This document shows, one piece after another, positions 1 to 15,980 of a stretch of 64,000 nt of DNA. The notes beneath the pieces are model-generated. The model saw nothing but the letters and a program-made list of their open reading frames with translations, searched no databases and was not told the origin of the DNA. The DNA is from Octopus sinensis. Lineage: Eukaryota. Made by a program: the position numbers and the translations under genes. The stretch covers positions 37,076,001 to 37,140,000 of the forward strand of contig NC_043008.1 of assembly GCF_006345805.1 (NCBI RefSeq). The letters are read 5' to 3'. Position 1 is the first letter of the stretch; each line of letters opens with the position of its first letter.

Positions 1-161
1 TTCTGCTGACTCTTTCGCCACAACCTTTTCTCACTCTTTCCTCCTGCATCTTGCAGCTCACCTGCGACGAACCAGTATGCCGTCCAGGTGGGGAACCTAT
101 ATGCCAAAGAAACCGGGAAACTGGCTCTAATGAACCAGGCATGGCTCGAGGAGGAACAAAC
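1..161 (+). mobile_element. 3' part of tRNA-derived SINE (family C), cut by window edge
   Basis: Matches the reverse complement of the copy at 53755-54054 (ctcacctgcga..ccaggtggggaacctat..gaaactggc..ccaggcatggctc). Confidence 0.8.
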
Positions 162-3100
162 ATGTTATCTAGTGTAGCCTTCTTTTCTAAGATGATAGGG
201 TGTGATTTGAGTGGGAATCAGTTACTATATGCAGGAAAGTGATTGACTACATAGAATCCACCCAGGCTGATTTGACCACAATATGGTATAATTCTCTGTT
301 GTAAGCAGTGGTAATGCTATATATTTGGATATGCAGAATAAGCCATTCTGTCAAGCACCATGTCACTGTAAACTATATATGCATGCAATACAATTCAAAT
401 TCACTACAGTAGGTTAACAAAACACTCACAAATTGATACAATGATTTCTCTATATATTTCTCCTTCATAATTATTTGTATGGTGGATAGAGCCATGAAGT
501 CAGTGTTGCTTGTTATAGAATACAGCTTACTGACCCTCTTTCAATGACAGCAGCTTTGACTCTACATAAATATGTTGTGAAATGTAAAATATCTTGGAGC
601 TTTAACAATATCACCCATGAATGCTTTGTTTGTGAGTGTGTAATATGATTTGAGAGCAATTGACTGTGATAAAGCCCTTTCTTCTACAAAGTATTGTCTA
701 CAAGTTAACAACTCCCTAGTAAATGGAGTAGATTATAACATAGGTCTGTCATGAGCAAAAAGACTGGAGTTTAACCAGGTTTCCACGGCATGTAATTGAC
801 TGAGATTAAAACATCCCCCACCCAAGAAATAGGGCACCTGTTCTTCACAGGATCAATTTCCCAGCTACTCATTTATAACTAAGAGAAAAGGAACACCTGA
901 TCTGGGAATTGAAACCATGATCTCACAATCATGAGTGCAACACACTAACCACTGGACCATATACCTCCATGGTATATGGAACAGGTGTATTAAAATGGTT
1001 CAACTAGGAATCAAACCCTACATTGTAGATTCAGTTTGATGGAAACTTGCTACTGCTATACAGTGAATACCGCCCACCAACACCACCATCATCACAACAC
1101 ACACACACACACACATACACACACACACAGTATACTGTCACTTAAGCCAATGGTGCACAATATGAATCATACAGCTCAAGAGTGGGTCATGAAAAATCTT
1201 CAGTGGGCCACAGTGACACTTATATAATTAGAGAAAAGTTACATGCATGATGTCAATATTTTCTACATTCACACTGATTAATTTGCTTATGTTTTTTTTT
1301 TTTTTTTACTTAATTTGATATTTTTACCTTTCAGATATGGCTTATGTGATTTGGATTCAATCTGTGTTATAGCTGTTATTCATTTATGTTTTGTTTTATT
1401 TAAATAATATTGTCATGGACCACAGTCATTATAAAATATTAATATATGCACTTGAAACAGCATTAAATTGAAATCCCGGTATGTATAACATTTATAATGT
1501 ATATACAAAGGCATAATGGAATTAGATGTAATATTCTATCTCAGAGAAACTTTTCAGAAATTTCTTGGAGATGTTGCTCTCTGAAAACTATTACAGCTGA
1601 TGCTGTTTCACATTTGTATGTACATTATAAACGTTATACACATTGATATATTGCAAAAAAGAAAAAAAAAAAGGAAAAAATAGAAAAAAGAATTGTGGGC
1701 CATTCCATAGCATATAAAAAAAAATATAGTTGTGCATCACTGAAGTCTTAAACATGTGACATTTAATTCATTAAGTGATGTTCAAGTTTTTATTTATTAC
1801 AATGTTCAGCATGCCTTGTTTCAAAAAAAAAAAACCCAATCATATGCTGCTTGCTTTTAAAGACAAAAGGAAAAAAAAAAAAGATACAAAAAATAAAACA
1901 AAAAATAAAACAGCTAAAAGTTGAAACTGAATTACAACATATAATCTATTTATTAATGAAGGAAAGTGTTTTGAAATTAATGTTTGAACTTTTCAGATAT
2001 ATTCAGAGAGCTACAAATGTGTTGACAAAAATCTTTATCTATTAATTATTGTTAAGAAAAATGATTCTCATTTTATCAAATTTGTGTAAGGTGAATTTTA
2101 AAAACGTTGCTTTCTATCGTTAAATTAAATGAAATGAAAATATTTTATTTGCATGTGGAAAACATTTATCAATTTAAGAAAAATGATTAATTTTCCTTCA
2201 GTTTTGCTGAATAAAATAATAGTAGTCTTCAGAGATTCAGGTATTTTTTGTTATTCTTTTTTCAAGAATTGTATATAATCATTAATTACATTATTATAAT
2301 TATTGAAATATCTTTCACCAAAACTTAATAGATATTCAAATAAACTAACCCTCAAATATATTGATATATTACTATTATTAAAAATACTGCTACATCATGA
2401 ATGCAACCATCCCCTATAGATACAAGTATAAACAGCCACAGATACCCAGATACATTAACACACAAATATCACTGTTATAACCCCAACCCCATTCACACCC
2501 TATAAAACAAAATTATGCACAAACATACTACAGTGAGTTAACGAGTGAGTATCTCCTTAGTACAACAACATTCTAAAAGAAGCAACTAAATTTCCCTTAT
2601 ATCACACTTTCTTCTCTTTAAAACAAGGAAGGAAATATTCGATAACGTAGACCTAAACACATTCTGAACAAAAGCAAAAATCAGTTGGGATTGTCATGAG
2701 TGGAATGCCTTTGATTACAAGTTTTCTCAATCAGTGTTGACCAAAGATTAAATAACAACAACGACAGTTCTACTACACACATGCACCAAAATATTAGGAA
2801 TATACAATAACCAGACAGTAACAATTTGCCAATTCTCTCCAGAGAATCTTGCAGAAGCAACAAGAATCTCATATACTAAATCTACATTACCTTCTACTGT
2901 AACCTTTTCCATGATTTTTATATCTTTCAAGTACAGGCTAGTCATTAGTGTGCTTTAACTCTCATTTTATATTCTTGTTTATTTCCGAAACATATTGTAA
3001 TTCAATATAGCAAGGGTAATAGATGAATGGACTATTCCCAAACATTTAAATTGCTAAATTTTGTAGCATGGAAAACAACAGAAAATATGAGAAATGGAAA

Positions 3101-3879
3101 ATATAAAACAATAAACTTTGAATTGGACAACATGACTAAGCTTTGCAAACTTGCGTTTAGATGATTAACACAGAGACACAGTGTCTACATAGTTTGCTAT
3201 TGGTTTATATCCTCTTACAGCCATATTAGTTGAGTTTGCATCATACACGCACATATAGCATTTTAAATCTCAGACTATATATTGCACCAATAAAAAGCCA
3301 TTTCTCAGATAAATTGGAATCATTTGATATTTTGGCATCTTTGCAGGAAATCTTTTAAAGAGCTAATGTAATTGTTATCTTGCATCAAATCTCACATCAA
3401 ATTAAGAGATGAAAGATTTCAGAGGGTTTAATTATGACACAACACAAGCAATCATTGAACTTTCATAAGATGGATGTTCGAAAGCTCTGAATTGCTTGTG
3501 TTTATATGAAATTAATTAGAAGTGATTCGGTTTCTTGTCCAAGGTCAGACATTGTCGAAACTAAAGCTATAATTATTACTTTATCTTTTCAGATTATATA
3601 TTCCACATTTGGTTTTAGTAATATCAAATACATCAGTGCAGTGCACATAATTTAGGCTGAATTTTAAAAAATCTTACCAGGTTCAATTCCTTATGTTGCA
3701 TTTTTACAAAATTAAGGCCAAACATTTTTAGAGGTGGAAGAGTTATGCAAATTAATATGTTGTTACTATGGTTCCTATTATTTTTCCAGTCATGAACCTG
3801 CCTGATCTTTTTGGCTACCACAAGACAAACACATAAAACATAGTCAATGATTATATATTTATTTGTAAAAAGATAGCAC

Positions 3880-4258
3880 AAGCACCATCCAAGCATGATT
3901 GTTGCCAGAGCAGCTAACTGGCTTCCATGCCGGTGGCATGTAAAGAGCACCATTAAAGCGTGATCGTTACCAGCATCGCCTTACTGGCACCTGTGCCGAT
4001 GGAATGTGAAGAAACATTCGAGTGAGGTCGTTGCCAGTACCACCTGACTGGTCCTCGTGCCAGTGGCATGTAAAAGCACCCACTACACTCTTGGAGTGGT
4101 TGGCCTTAGGAAGGGTATCCAGCTGTAGAAACTCTGCCAGATCAGATTGGAGCCTGGTGCAGCCATCTGGTTCGCCAGTCCTCAGTCAAATCGTTCAACC
4201 CATGCTAGCATAGAAAGCGGATGTTAAACGATGAGGATGATGATGATGATGATGATGA
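3880..4258 (+). mobile_element. RTE-clade LINE 3'UTR/tail fragment
   Basis: Repeated aaagcacca/gccagtggca modules, tggttggccttaggaagggtatccagctgtagaaac block, caacccatgctagcat, (GAT)n tail. The same tail is joined to RT coding sequence at 48351-49530. Confidence 0.8.
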
Positions 4259-5828
4259 AGGCTAATACAAATGCTAGCAACTTAAATATTGCACTTTCCT
4301 TGGATCTTCAGAAACAGACTGAAACTATCCAGTGTACGAATGTTCTCTTAATCAGAATTTAACATTTAAAACTATTCTAAAAACCACATGGTTTTGAGAA
4401 TACATGCATGTTCCTTGAAACCATGGGTTTGTAAATCAAATTTCTCTGTGGCAAAGATTTTTTGAAAGACACCAGAAATTGCCCATGCAGCAATTCGTGT
4501 CTCTTTCTCTACATTACTGATATTTTCTTTAAAAAAATGGCAATATGTGTAACTGTTTAGCACTAGAGTTCTTGAAGATGAACTCAGAATGTAATGAAAT
4601 GGAACAAATGCTACAAGGTATTTTATTCAGTTCTCTAACAATCCATGATTCCACCTCTTGGACAGGTATTTATTTTATCAATTCTCAAAGAATGAAAGGC
4701 AAAGTTGACTTCTGTGCGATTTGAACTCAGAACACAGAGAGCCATAAGATATTTTATTGATACTCTAATGACTGTGCCAATCCGAATTAAATACACAAAG
4801 ACACTCTTTGCCGTTATACAAACTTTAATCTCTACAGGTTTGTGTCTCTTGAATGCATTTATAGATTGCTTAAGTGACTTCCTAGATAACAGCTTAATAT
4901 TGTCTATGTTCAATGTGTCTTACTCTTCTTCACCACTCTGTTGCAGACAAGGACATTCAATAACTGAAAACACACACGAACACATATATTATACTACTTG
5001 TTATATTTTTTTGAAGATGAAAGTTCAAATTTTGTAACTCTGAGTTTCACATTTAACAAAACCTAAACAGCGTAACCAAATTTAAACTTTCAGTATATAT
5101 TGATTCAGTGTCAAAAAATATCTTCTTTCTCTTTTTTCTACACACATGTATATATATATTAGATTGTTGAAATCTCGTGATATTTTTCTTCCGTTTGTTA
5201 TTCTTTTTATTAACATTGTCAATACAAAAATATTTATCTTCACTTATTTTAAAGTAATAAAATAACTAAAAAAAAATCAGAGAAAAATAAAATAAAACAA
5301 CAGCAACAAACCATAATCATTACAAAAAATAATGAAAACAAAAATACAACAATAGTTTGTGGTAAGCACATCATCCTGTTTGGTTTAATGTAACCTTCTG
5401 ACCCAAGGATGGAGTTTGCTCTGTTGCAAGATTTCAAACCAAGTTTCCAGCCAATGGATCATAACCTCACATTATACTGGCAGTCTCCTTACTTCTTCAG
5501 GTGCCAAAAAATAATTCTACACTCACTGGTCAAATCTAATACCTCTTCCTTAATATCCATGGATATTGAGCTAACTTAAGCCCCACACATTGTCTCTTAC
5601 TAACACACAAACCATACATCCAATTCTTTGCTGTGACACAAATTTCTTACCCTTTGTCAGTCATACATATCCTTTGCCTGCATGATATTTTAGGCTTAAA
5701 ATTTATCCCCAAAATACAGTTTCTGTACACAGGTAGACTCCGCTATCCCTGTCACTCATTACTCCCACCTGGGCATCAGTAGTAATGATTTCCAGTCCAT
5801 CTGGAAATAATTATTACAGATATACAGA

Positions 5829-6050
5829 AGGCAGTGAGCTGGCAGAATCGTTAGCATGCTGGGCAAAATTCTCAGCAACATTTAGTCCGTCGACATGTTC
5901 TGAGTTCAAATTCCACAGAGGTCGACTTTGCCTTTCATCCTTTTGGGGTCAATAAATTAAGTACCAGTTACGCACTGGGGGTCGATGTAATCAACTAGTC
6001 CCCTCCCCCAAAATTTCAGGCATCATGCCTTTAATAAGAAAGGATTATTA
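5829..6050 (+). mobile_element. tRNA-derived SINE (family B)
   Basis: gagctggcagaatcgttagc head, gttctgagttcaaattcc B-box-like motif, gtcgactttgcctttcatcc body; flanked by attattacagatat direct repeat (TSD). Confidence 0.9.
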
Positions 6051-6099
6051 CAGATATCTAAATGAGTGAGCTGAGTGACAGTGATAGTGGAGTCTACCC

Positions 6100-6875
6100 A
6101 TGGCAAGGTTAGTGGAGTCTTCCTCCTTCATCCCCCTCATATACATCTGCTCTCTCTACCCCTCTCCAAATTCCTTTACCCACCAATAACATTTCGACTA
6201 TATCCCTTATGGCACCAAGGACGTCTGTCTCATTTCATTCTTCTCTGCAGTTATTTACACAGGTGAGTTCATACTGCAGCTGCCAGTGCAGAAACTGAAT
6301 CATTCCCCATCCTCAACTCACCACAACAGTTAGCTCCATTCCTTCTGATATTCAGACACAACAAACAACCTTGATCTCTTTCTCACCTTGAAACCAACCT
6401 CTACCAAATCATCACTATCTCTACACTTATCAGAACATTCCTACATCATTACTTTACATCAGCTACCTGCAACTCAATCTCATACTCTGCAATTCCTCTT
6501 TCCAAAACTCTTTGGCACTTAAGTCAGTTGCTTGGAGCTCTGCTTGTTCCCTGTAAACCATCCCTGGGGACACATGTGTTCCTTCACTGACTTATCAGAA
6601 ACAACTAAGTTAACTGCAGTCATCCTTCCACATTCCAGACACATCTAAAACTCTCAGCATCAAGTTTCCATACATGGTTTGCTTGCAGCCATGCAACAGC
6701 AGTTCAGACAAAACTGAATGTCTTTTACTCAGGAGTGCAACTCCAACAAGGTGATAACCTGAACCACGATAGGTATTTCTATACATTACACAGCCCTCAA
6801 ATTCCTGTCTCCCAAAGTGCAACCAGTCAGTTTGGTCCTTTGCTAAAAGAATATCTACCAACTTTATGGAATTTT
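6100..6875 (+). mobile_element. Highly decayed CR1/Jockey-type LINE fragment (endonuclease/linker region)
   Basis: Manual translation gives DTTNNLDLFLT (~6355-6388) and FWSFAKRISTNF (~6830-6865), resembling the LDL.LT endonuclease motif and the FW..AK linker of CR1-like ORF2; many stops and frameshifts. Confidence 0.5.
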
Positions 6876-6877
6876 GT

Positions 6878-7355
6878 TCAACCCTTTTCATATTAACGTG
6901 GAGGCGCGTGGCTTAGTGGTTAGGGTGTTGAACTCATAATCGTAATGTTGTGGTTTCGATTCCTGAACAGGGCGATGCGTTGTGTTCTTGAGCAAAACAC
7001 TTCATTTCACGTTGCTCCAGTCCACTCAGCTGGCAAAAAGGAGTAATCCTGTGATTGACCAGCGTCCCATCCAGGTGGGGAATTTCTACGCCACTGAAAC
7101 CGGTAAATCGGCCCTTAGGAGCCTGGCATGGCTTGAGAAGGAACATATATTTCTTATTAACCCACCTGAGACTATCTCTGCTTCTATGATACAGACTTCC
7201 TGTTCTAAAGTCTGCTAAATTGCAACATTCTTTTAAAAGTATGTTACTTTATGTTTCAAACACTACATTATTTTACTAAATTCTTCATTATTTTTCAAAA
7301 TTATTTGAAACAAAGGCTGTGTGTTTCAACAGAACCATGGAAAGAAAGTGGTAAA
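6878..7355. mobile_element. MITE-like DNA element (piggyBac-like ends) interrupted by a SINE
   Basis: Left end tcaaccctttt and right end gaaagtggtaa resemble degenerate TTAA-CCC..GGG-TTAA termini; body resumes (ccacctgagac) right after the nested SINE. Confidence 0.45.
6898..7154 (+). mobile_element. tRNA-derived SINE (family C) with 7-bp TSD
   Basis: gtggaggcgcgtggcttagtggttaggg A-box, ggtttcgattcc B-box; tattaac duplicated at 6891-6897 and 7155-7161. Confidence 0.9.
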
Positions 7356-8354
7356 ATTTTATACAGCAGAATTGATACTGGTGCTGGTGCTACATAAAAA
7401 GCAAGCACTGGTGTTGGTGCAATGTAAAAACCACTGGTACTGGTACCACACAAAAAAACATTTCTACTGGTGCCACATTAAAAGTACTAGTGTTGGCATC
7501 ACATAAAAAGCATCCTGTTCACTATGTAAAGTAGTTGATGTTAGGAAGGGCATCTAGCCACAGAAAACCATGCCACAATAGACAATAGAGCCTTGTGAGG
7601 CCCATGACCTTACCAGCTTCTGTCAAGCCATCCAACCAATGCTGGCATGGAAAGTGGATGTGAAATAATGACAATAATAATCCACACAACATACACCTAG
7701 AAAAATTCTTCCTCAAATCTCACCACCATGTGCAAACTCATCCTGTGTGAAAATTATTTCAATTACTCCAGCCCAACAAAATTAACATCATCCTTTCAAA
7801 ACAAAAATCTTCTTACTCTGGTAGGAAAAATATAACTCACCTGTTTTTGATTTATAAGATAAAATGGGATTAACTAAAAGTTGCCTCCCTTATTAATAAT
7901 ACTACTTTCTAACTTTAGGTACAGAGGGCAGCAGCTTTCACAGGAGAAGATGAACTGACACAATCTGCCTAGTACTTAATTGGTACTTTATTTACTGACT
8001 CTGAAAGAATGAAAAGTGTAGGTACCCTCAATACAATTTAATCAGAACTTAAATGCTGGATCAAATACTGTGAATATCTCCATCACAATTTTTTCCCAAT
8101 GCTCTGATCTTCATAAGAGTATTTAACAACTCTTTCTATTATAGCACATGGCCTGAAATTTTGGAGCAGGGAGCAAGTTGATTACATCGAATCCAGTACT
8201 TGACTGATACTTATATTGTCGACCCTGAGAGGATGACAGGCAAAGTTGGACATGTCGTAATTTGAACTCAGAATGTATAGACAGATGGAATGCTGCCAAG
8301 CATGTTGTCCAGTGCACTAATGATTCTGCCAGCTTGCTCACCCCTTACAATAGT

Positions 8355-8777
8355 CATCATCATCATGATCATCATTTAACATCTGCTTTCCATGCTAGCA
8401 TGGGCTGGACAATTTGACTGAGGCCTGGTGAACCAGATGGCTGCACCAGTCTCCAATCTGATCTGGCAGAGTTTCTACAGCTGAATGCCCTTCCTAACAC
8501 CAACCACTCCGAGAGTGTAGTGGGTGCTTTTACGTGCCACCAGCACGAGGGCCAGTCAGGCGATACTGGCAGTGGCTATGCTCAAATGGTACTTTTTATG
8601 TGTCACCTGCACAGGAGCCAGTCCAGCGGCACTGGCAATGAACCCACTCGGATGTTTTTTCATGTGCCACCAGCACAAGTGCCAGTAAGGTGATGCAGGT
8701 AACAATCACGCTTGAATGGTGTTTTTTACATGTCACCGGCATGGAGGCCAGCTTGTTGCTCTGGCAATGATCACACA

Positions 8778-8778
<1 letters not shown>
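8355..8778 (-). mobile_element. RTE-clade LINE 3'UTR/tail fragment
   Basis: (CAT)n tail, catgctagcatggg, gcccttcctaacaccaaccactccgagagtgtagtgggtgc and internal repeat modules in reverse orientation. Confidence 0.85.
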
Positions 8779-8808
<30 letters not shown>

Positions 8809-9219
8809 GGAACAAGGAGAAAGAAATAAGCTAAAACGAAACCAAACAAGATACAGTATATGGCAGTGTGTTCCAACTTGGCCAGAATTAGGAAGTAAAG
8901 GGAGAAATAAACACTGAAGGAAAATTACATTACGGAAATTATAAAAGGCTGAAATTAAATTGCAATGCAGTCTGATGCTTTACCATTTTCTATGAAGAGC
9001 ATGGATGACAGAGTTGATCATAGGACACTGGCTAATCAACTAAAAGGCCACCAATGATATTCTGTCTCCTGGATTGCATTCAGTTTGAAGTTTGAATATG
9101 CAACACCCAGTGTCCTCTTCTCTATAAGTGACAATAATATATTGTCACTTCAGCCAAGATAACCTTCATCGAGCAAATATATGAGCAAGATCTTCCAGCT
9201 GTGACCATTGTTTTATGCA

Positions 9220-10588
9220 GTCAGTGTAACTCTGATTACATTATCACATGTTTCCCTGCTGTTATACAATAGCAATGAAGGAGGCTTCATTGCTGGCAGG
9301 TCTACTTCTAGCAGGTCAAGTTACCATGTAGAGGTTCGTTTATTTACTCATGATAAGTTCAAATTGAACAATAGTATTACAGCGATGAGTCTTGTTGCAG
9401 ATTTACTTGGTTTGAAGTATAGGCGAGAGAAGAAAGTTGTAACTTACTCTGTGCTTCCAACTGGTTGGAGCTACTGTCCTATCACCACAGAACTTTGAGT
9501 AGATGGAATGACAAAAGAGATTACAATCTATACTTAATTGGATTATGATGATAAACACTTGTACCACACAAGTACCACTCTCTGAGTTTCCATGATTAGT
9601 ACCTAGTGACAGTTCAAACTGAGATACATGTGAAACTGCTGGCTTTATATCAGAATGTTCCCTGCCTAGAAGGATGCTGTGACAACAGCTAAGGATCACA
9701 CTCTCCTGGTGGTTTTATATTGTGAGCAGGGACAATTGACTGCCATTTCTAGCAGGCAGGTGTCCAGTACAAAAGAAGGGTATAGACCTAGACACCAACC
9801 AAGGATATTTCTGCATCCCTGCCCTCAAATGGAATGGTATCACATCTGCTAGTTAACTCATAGCCAGGATCCTGACTGGTGTTACTACTCCAGGTCAGAG
9901 GAGACTTGGGAGGAACAGCGGTCAAGAGGTGATTCCATACCCCTCAAATCTCTGGAACTTCTGAATCAGAGCCACAGACTAAATGCAGAACTTTTGATTT
10001 ATTAATGCTGCTTCTGTCCATAATAACTATTTTTAAAATGAACGTTCATATGTGTCCTTTTTTTTACAACAGAAAAGCAACTTTTTTTTAAAAAAACATT
10101 TTAAATACTTGTTTGTTCATCAAACGGTACTGCTCTCAGTACTGGTGGTGACAAGGATTTATCTGCCTGCAAGTGATATAAATAAGAATGTGTTTTGCAC
10201 CAAAAGCCAATACAATACCTCTCTGTCACTAATGATTATTTTTTACAAGCCCACAGGCTATTCCTGGCACCAGCACCCGTTTTGACACTGCTATTCTGTA
10301 TATAACTGGCAGATACACATCGCTGCTGACTCTAGTGTCTGGGCATCCATCACTGACAAGACCAGAGAAGGTTGAAATTATGTGATCTGGTGATCTCATT
10401 GATTTGTCTCCTCACAAGCAAATATAGGCAAAAGTGTGTTTTGCACCAAAAGCCAATGTGAGAGTTTCTATCTCGGAAACTACTGCAGTATTCTACTTCC
10501 AAAAGCAAAACATCCACTTTACACTTTCAAGTAGGAGGAAATATTATATTTTGATAATCACACACACACACACACAAACACACACACG

Positions 10589-10622
<34 letters not shown>

Positions 10623-10890
10623 AGTACACACACCCATGTACACACACACACTCCCACATGCACAAATATATTATTAATTAATCAATGAGTAATTTCCAAT
10701 ATCTTTGTTGTCATTCCAAGACTCATCGCTTTAATACTATTGTTCTGTTTGAACTTATCATGAGTAAATAAACGAACCTCTACATGGTAACTTGACCTGC
10801 TAGAAGTAGACCTGCCACCAATGAAGCCTCTTCATTGTTATTGTATAACAGCAGGGAAACATGTGATAATGTAATCAGAGTTACACTGAC
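9220..10890. repeat. Inverted duplication, ~175-bp arms (9220-9394 and 10717-10890)
   Basis: Manual alignment of 9220-9394 to the reverse complement of 10717-10890 shows about 6 differences; the ORF track shows the same peptide VSVTLITLSHVSLLLY on both strands. Confidence 0.95.
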
Positions 10891-11012
10891 ATGAGAAGTC
10901 ATGGATGGAAAGTCGGAAATACCATTCACAACGAGGAAACATAAGAGGAGGGCAATCTTCTGTGAAGATGAGGCAATCATCATATAAAATATAAATACAT
11001 ACATTTATATAT

Positions 11013-11089
<77 letters not shown>

Positions 11090-11590
11090 GTGTGTGTGTG
11101 TACTGGGTATTTTGACTTAATTTGAGGATAACTTTGTCTCCTTTTTTCAGAAATGCCTTGTATTGCTGAACAGTCAACAGCATTGGAGAGCGCACACACA
11201 TACACACACACATGCACACACACATGCATGCTCACACACATGCATGCTCACACGCACGCACATGCGCACACACACACTACTATATTTCATTTAGAAATTT
11301 TAGAACTAACTATTTTGCTTGTTACGAGATCAGTGGCTGTCTGCCACTTCTCTGTTTATATATTGTGAGCAGGGACAATTGACTACCATTTCTAGCAGGC
11401 AGGCGTCCAGTACCAAAGAAGGGTATAGACCTAGAAACCATGGTCTACTGGTCTTACTAAACTGGAGGGGAGGGATTTGCTCCCTTACTCACAATATATC
11501 AGACAGATTTTGTGTCATTAACCAGCAGGAAAAGACTTTTTCCTAGGGTTACAGTGGCAAAAAAATGTTCCTGTCTAGTAATGTTACTAC

Positions 11591-12009
11591 TGTAACAGGA
11601 TCTGGAATCGGTATCACTGAAGGGGTGTCCCGTCACATTCCCGTCACAATCCCGTCACATTCAATTTAGTTAGATATAACAGACGAAGTCAGGTTATCTG
11701 GGAAAGACAGCAAATTGTCGTTTATTACTCGTGATGGTGTGCGTATTTTTCTGAGGGGAAACGACAGCCAAATCTTTGTACTGCTCCTTGTTGGTTGATT
11801 GAGGTGATTCGGTGTGGTCCGTTGCTAAGCCAGTGTAGAGTTCTCAGAGACTACCAAATGCACGTCTGTTCACGAGGGCTGAAAGCGCCAGAGAGAGTGA
11901 TCGAGTTGATTGTGCCTTAGGGGTCAGTTTCCCGCACATGTGCATGGGGAAGACTTCCGGTGGCCACCCGGAAGTAGTCCCATTCTGTGCATGCATGCTG
12001 AACCTTACA
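11591..12009 (-). mobile_element. Probable solo LTR (~420 bp)
   Basis: Begins TGTAAC and ends TTACA; GC/CpG-rich island in AT-rich flanks; minus-strand AATAAA near 11721; three cccgtcaca repeats. No clean TSD found. Confidence 0.55.
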
Positions 12010-12928
12010 CAGTAGCATCACTACACTACTTATATTTCGCTTAGAGATTTTGGATGTAGCTATTTTGTTCATTATATTCAATTTAAATATTGAAAATTAG
12101 TGCAAATAAACAGTTTTAGAAAACTGTTTGTACAGTAATTCTTAAGAACAACAACAAAAAAATTAAAATTTCTTCAGAAAGGTACTAGGCCTGAAATTTA
12201 ATGAAAAGGGGTTAGTTGATTTTTTTTTTTCAGATCAAGAGGAATGAAAGTCAAAATTGACTTTGACATGATTTGAACTCAGCATGTAAAAGGCTAAAAC
12301 AAATACGGCAAAACATATTTTTATGCTCTAATGACTCCACCAGTTAGACACCTTAAAAAAAAAAAAAACACAAACAAAAAAATTAACTATATTAATTAAT
12401 CTAGTTGTTTCTTGTTTAGGCTCAAGTAATGAGTGCTAAAAATTCTTGTGTCTTCTTTTATTTAAATATTTGAGATTTTATTCATACATAAAAAATATTT
12501 AGCTTTTGCAAAAAATATTACTGGAAAAAAGAAAAGAAAGCAAATGAATTAATGATAATTTATAAGGCAAAGGTCAAATTTTTTTTAAAGTAATATATTT
12601 TACTCTTTTACTGATTCCAGCTTCTGGGCTGTAGTTACATTGTAAACAGAGATGAGATAAATTATAATGACATGCCTACAAATATTAAAAGAAAGTGTAA
12701 AAAAAAAAATGTCATCTAAGATAGTTTTGAACTTTGCCGTCAGATGTGTTAGAATGTCAATGACTATATTGCTGGCATTTTAGTACCAATTTAAAATAGA
12801 AAATTCTGGAGAAAAATTAAAAAATGAAAAAAAAAATTGCAAGAGTAGAGGTCAAGTTGTTAAAAGAATGAATATGCATAAATCTTTTTTCTTTTTTCTT
12901 TTACTTATCTGATCATATTTTTCCTAGT

Positions 12929-15980
<3,052 letters not shown>

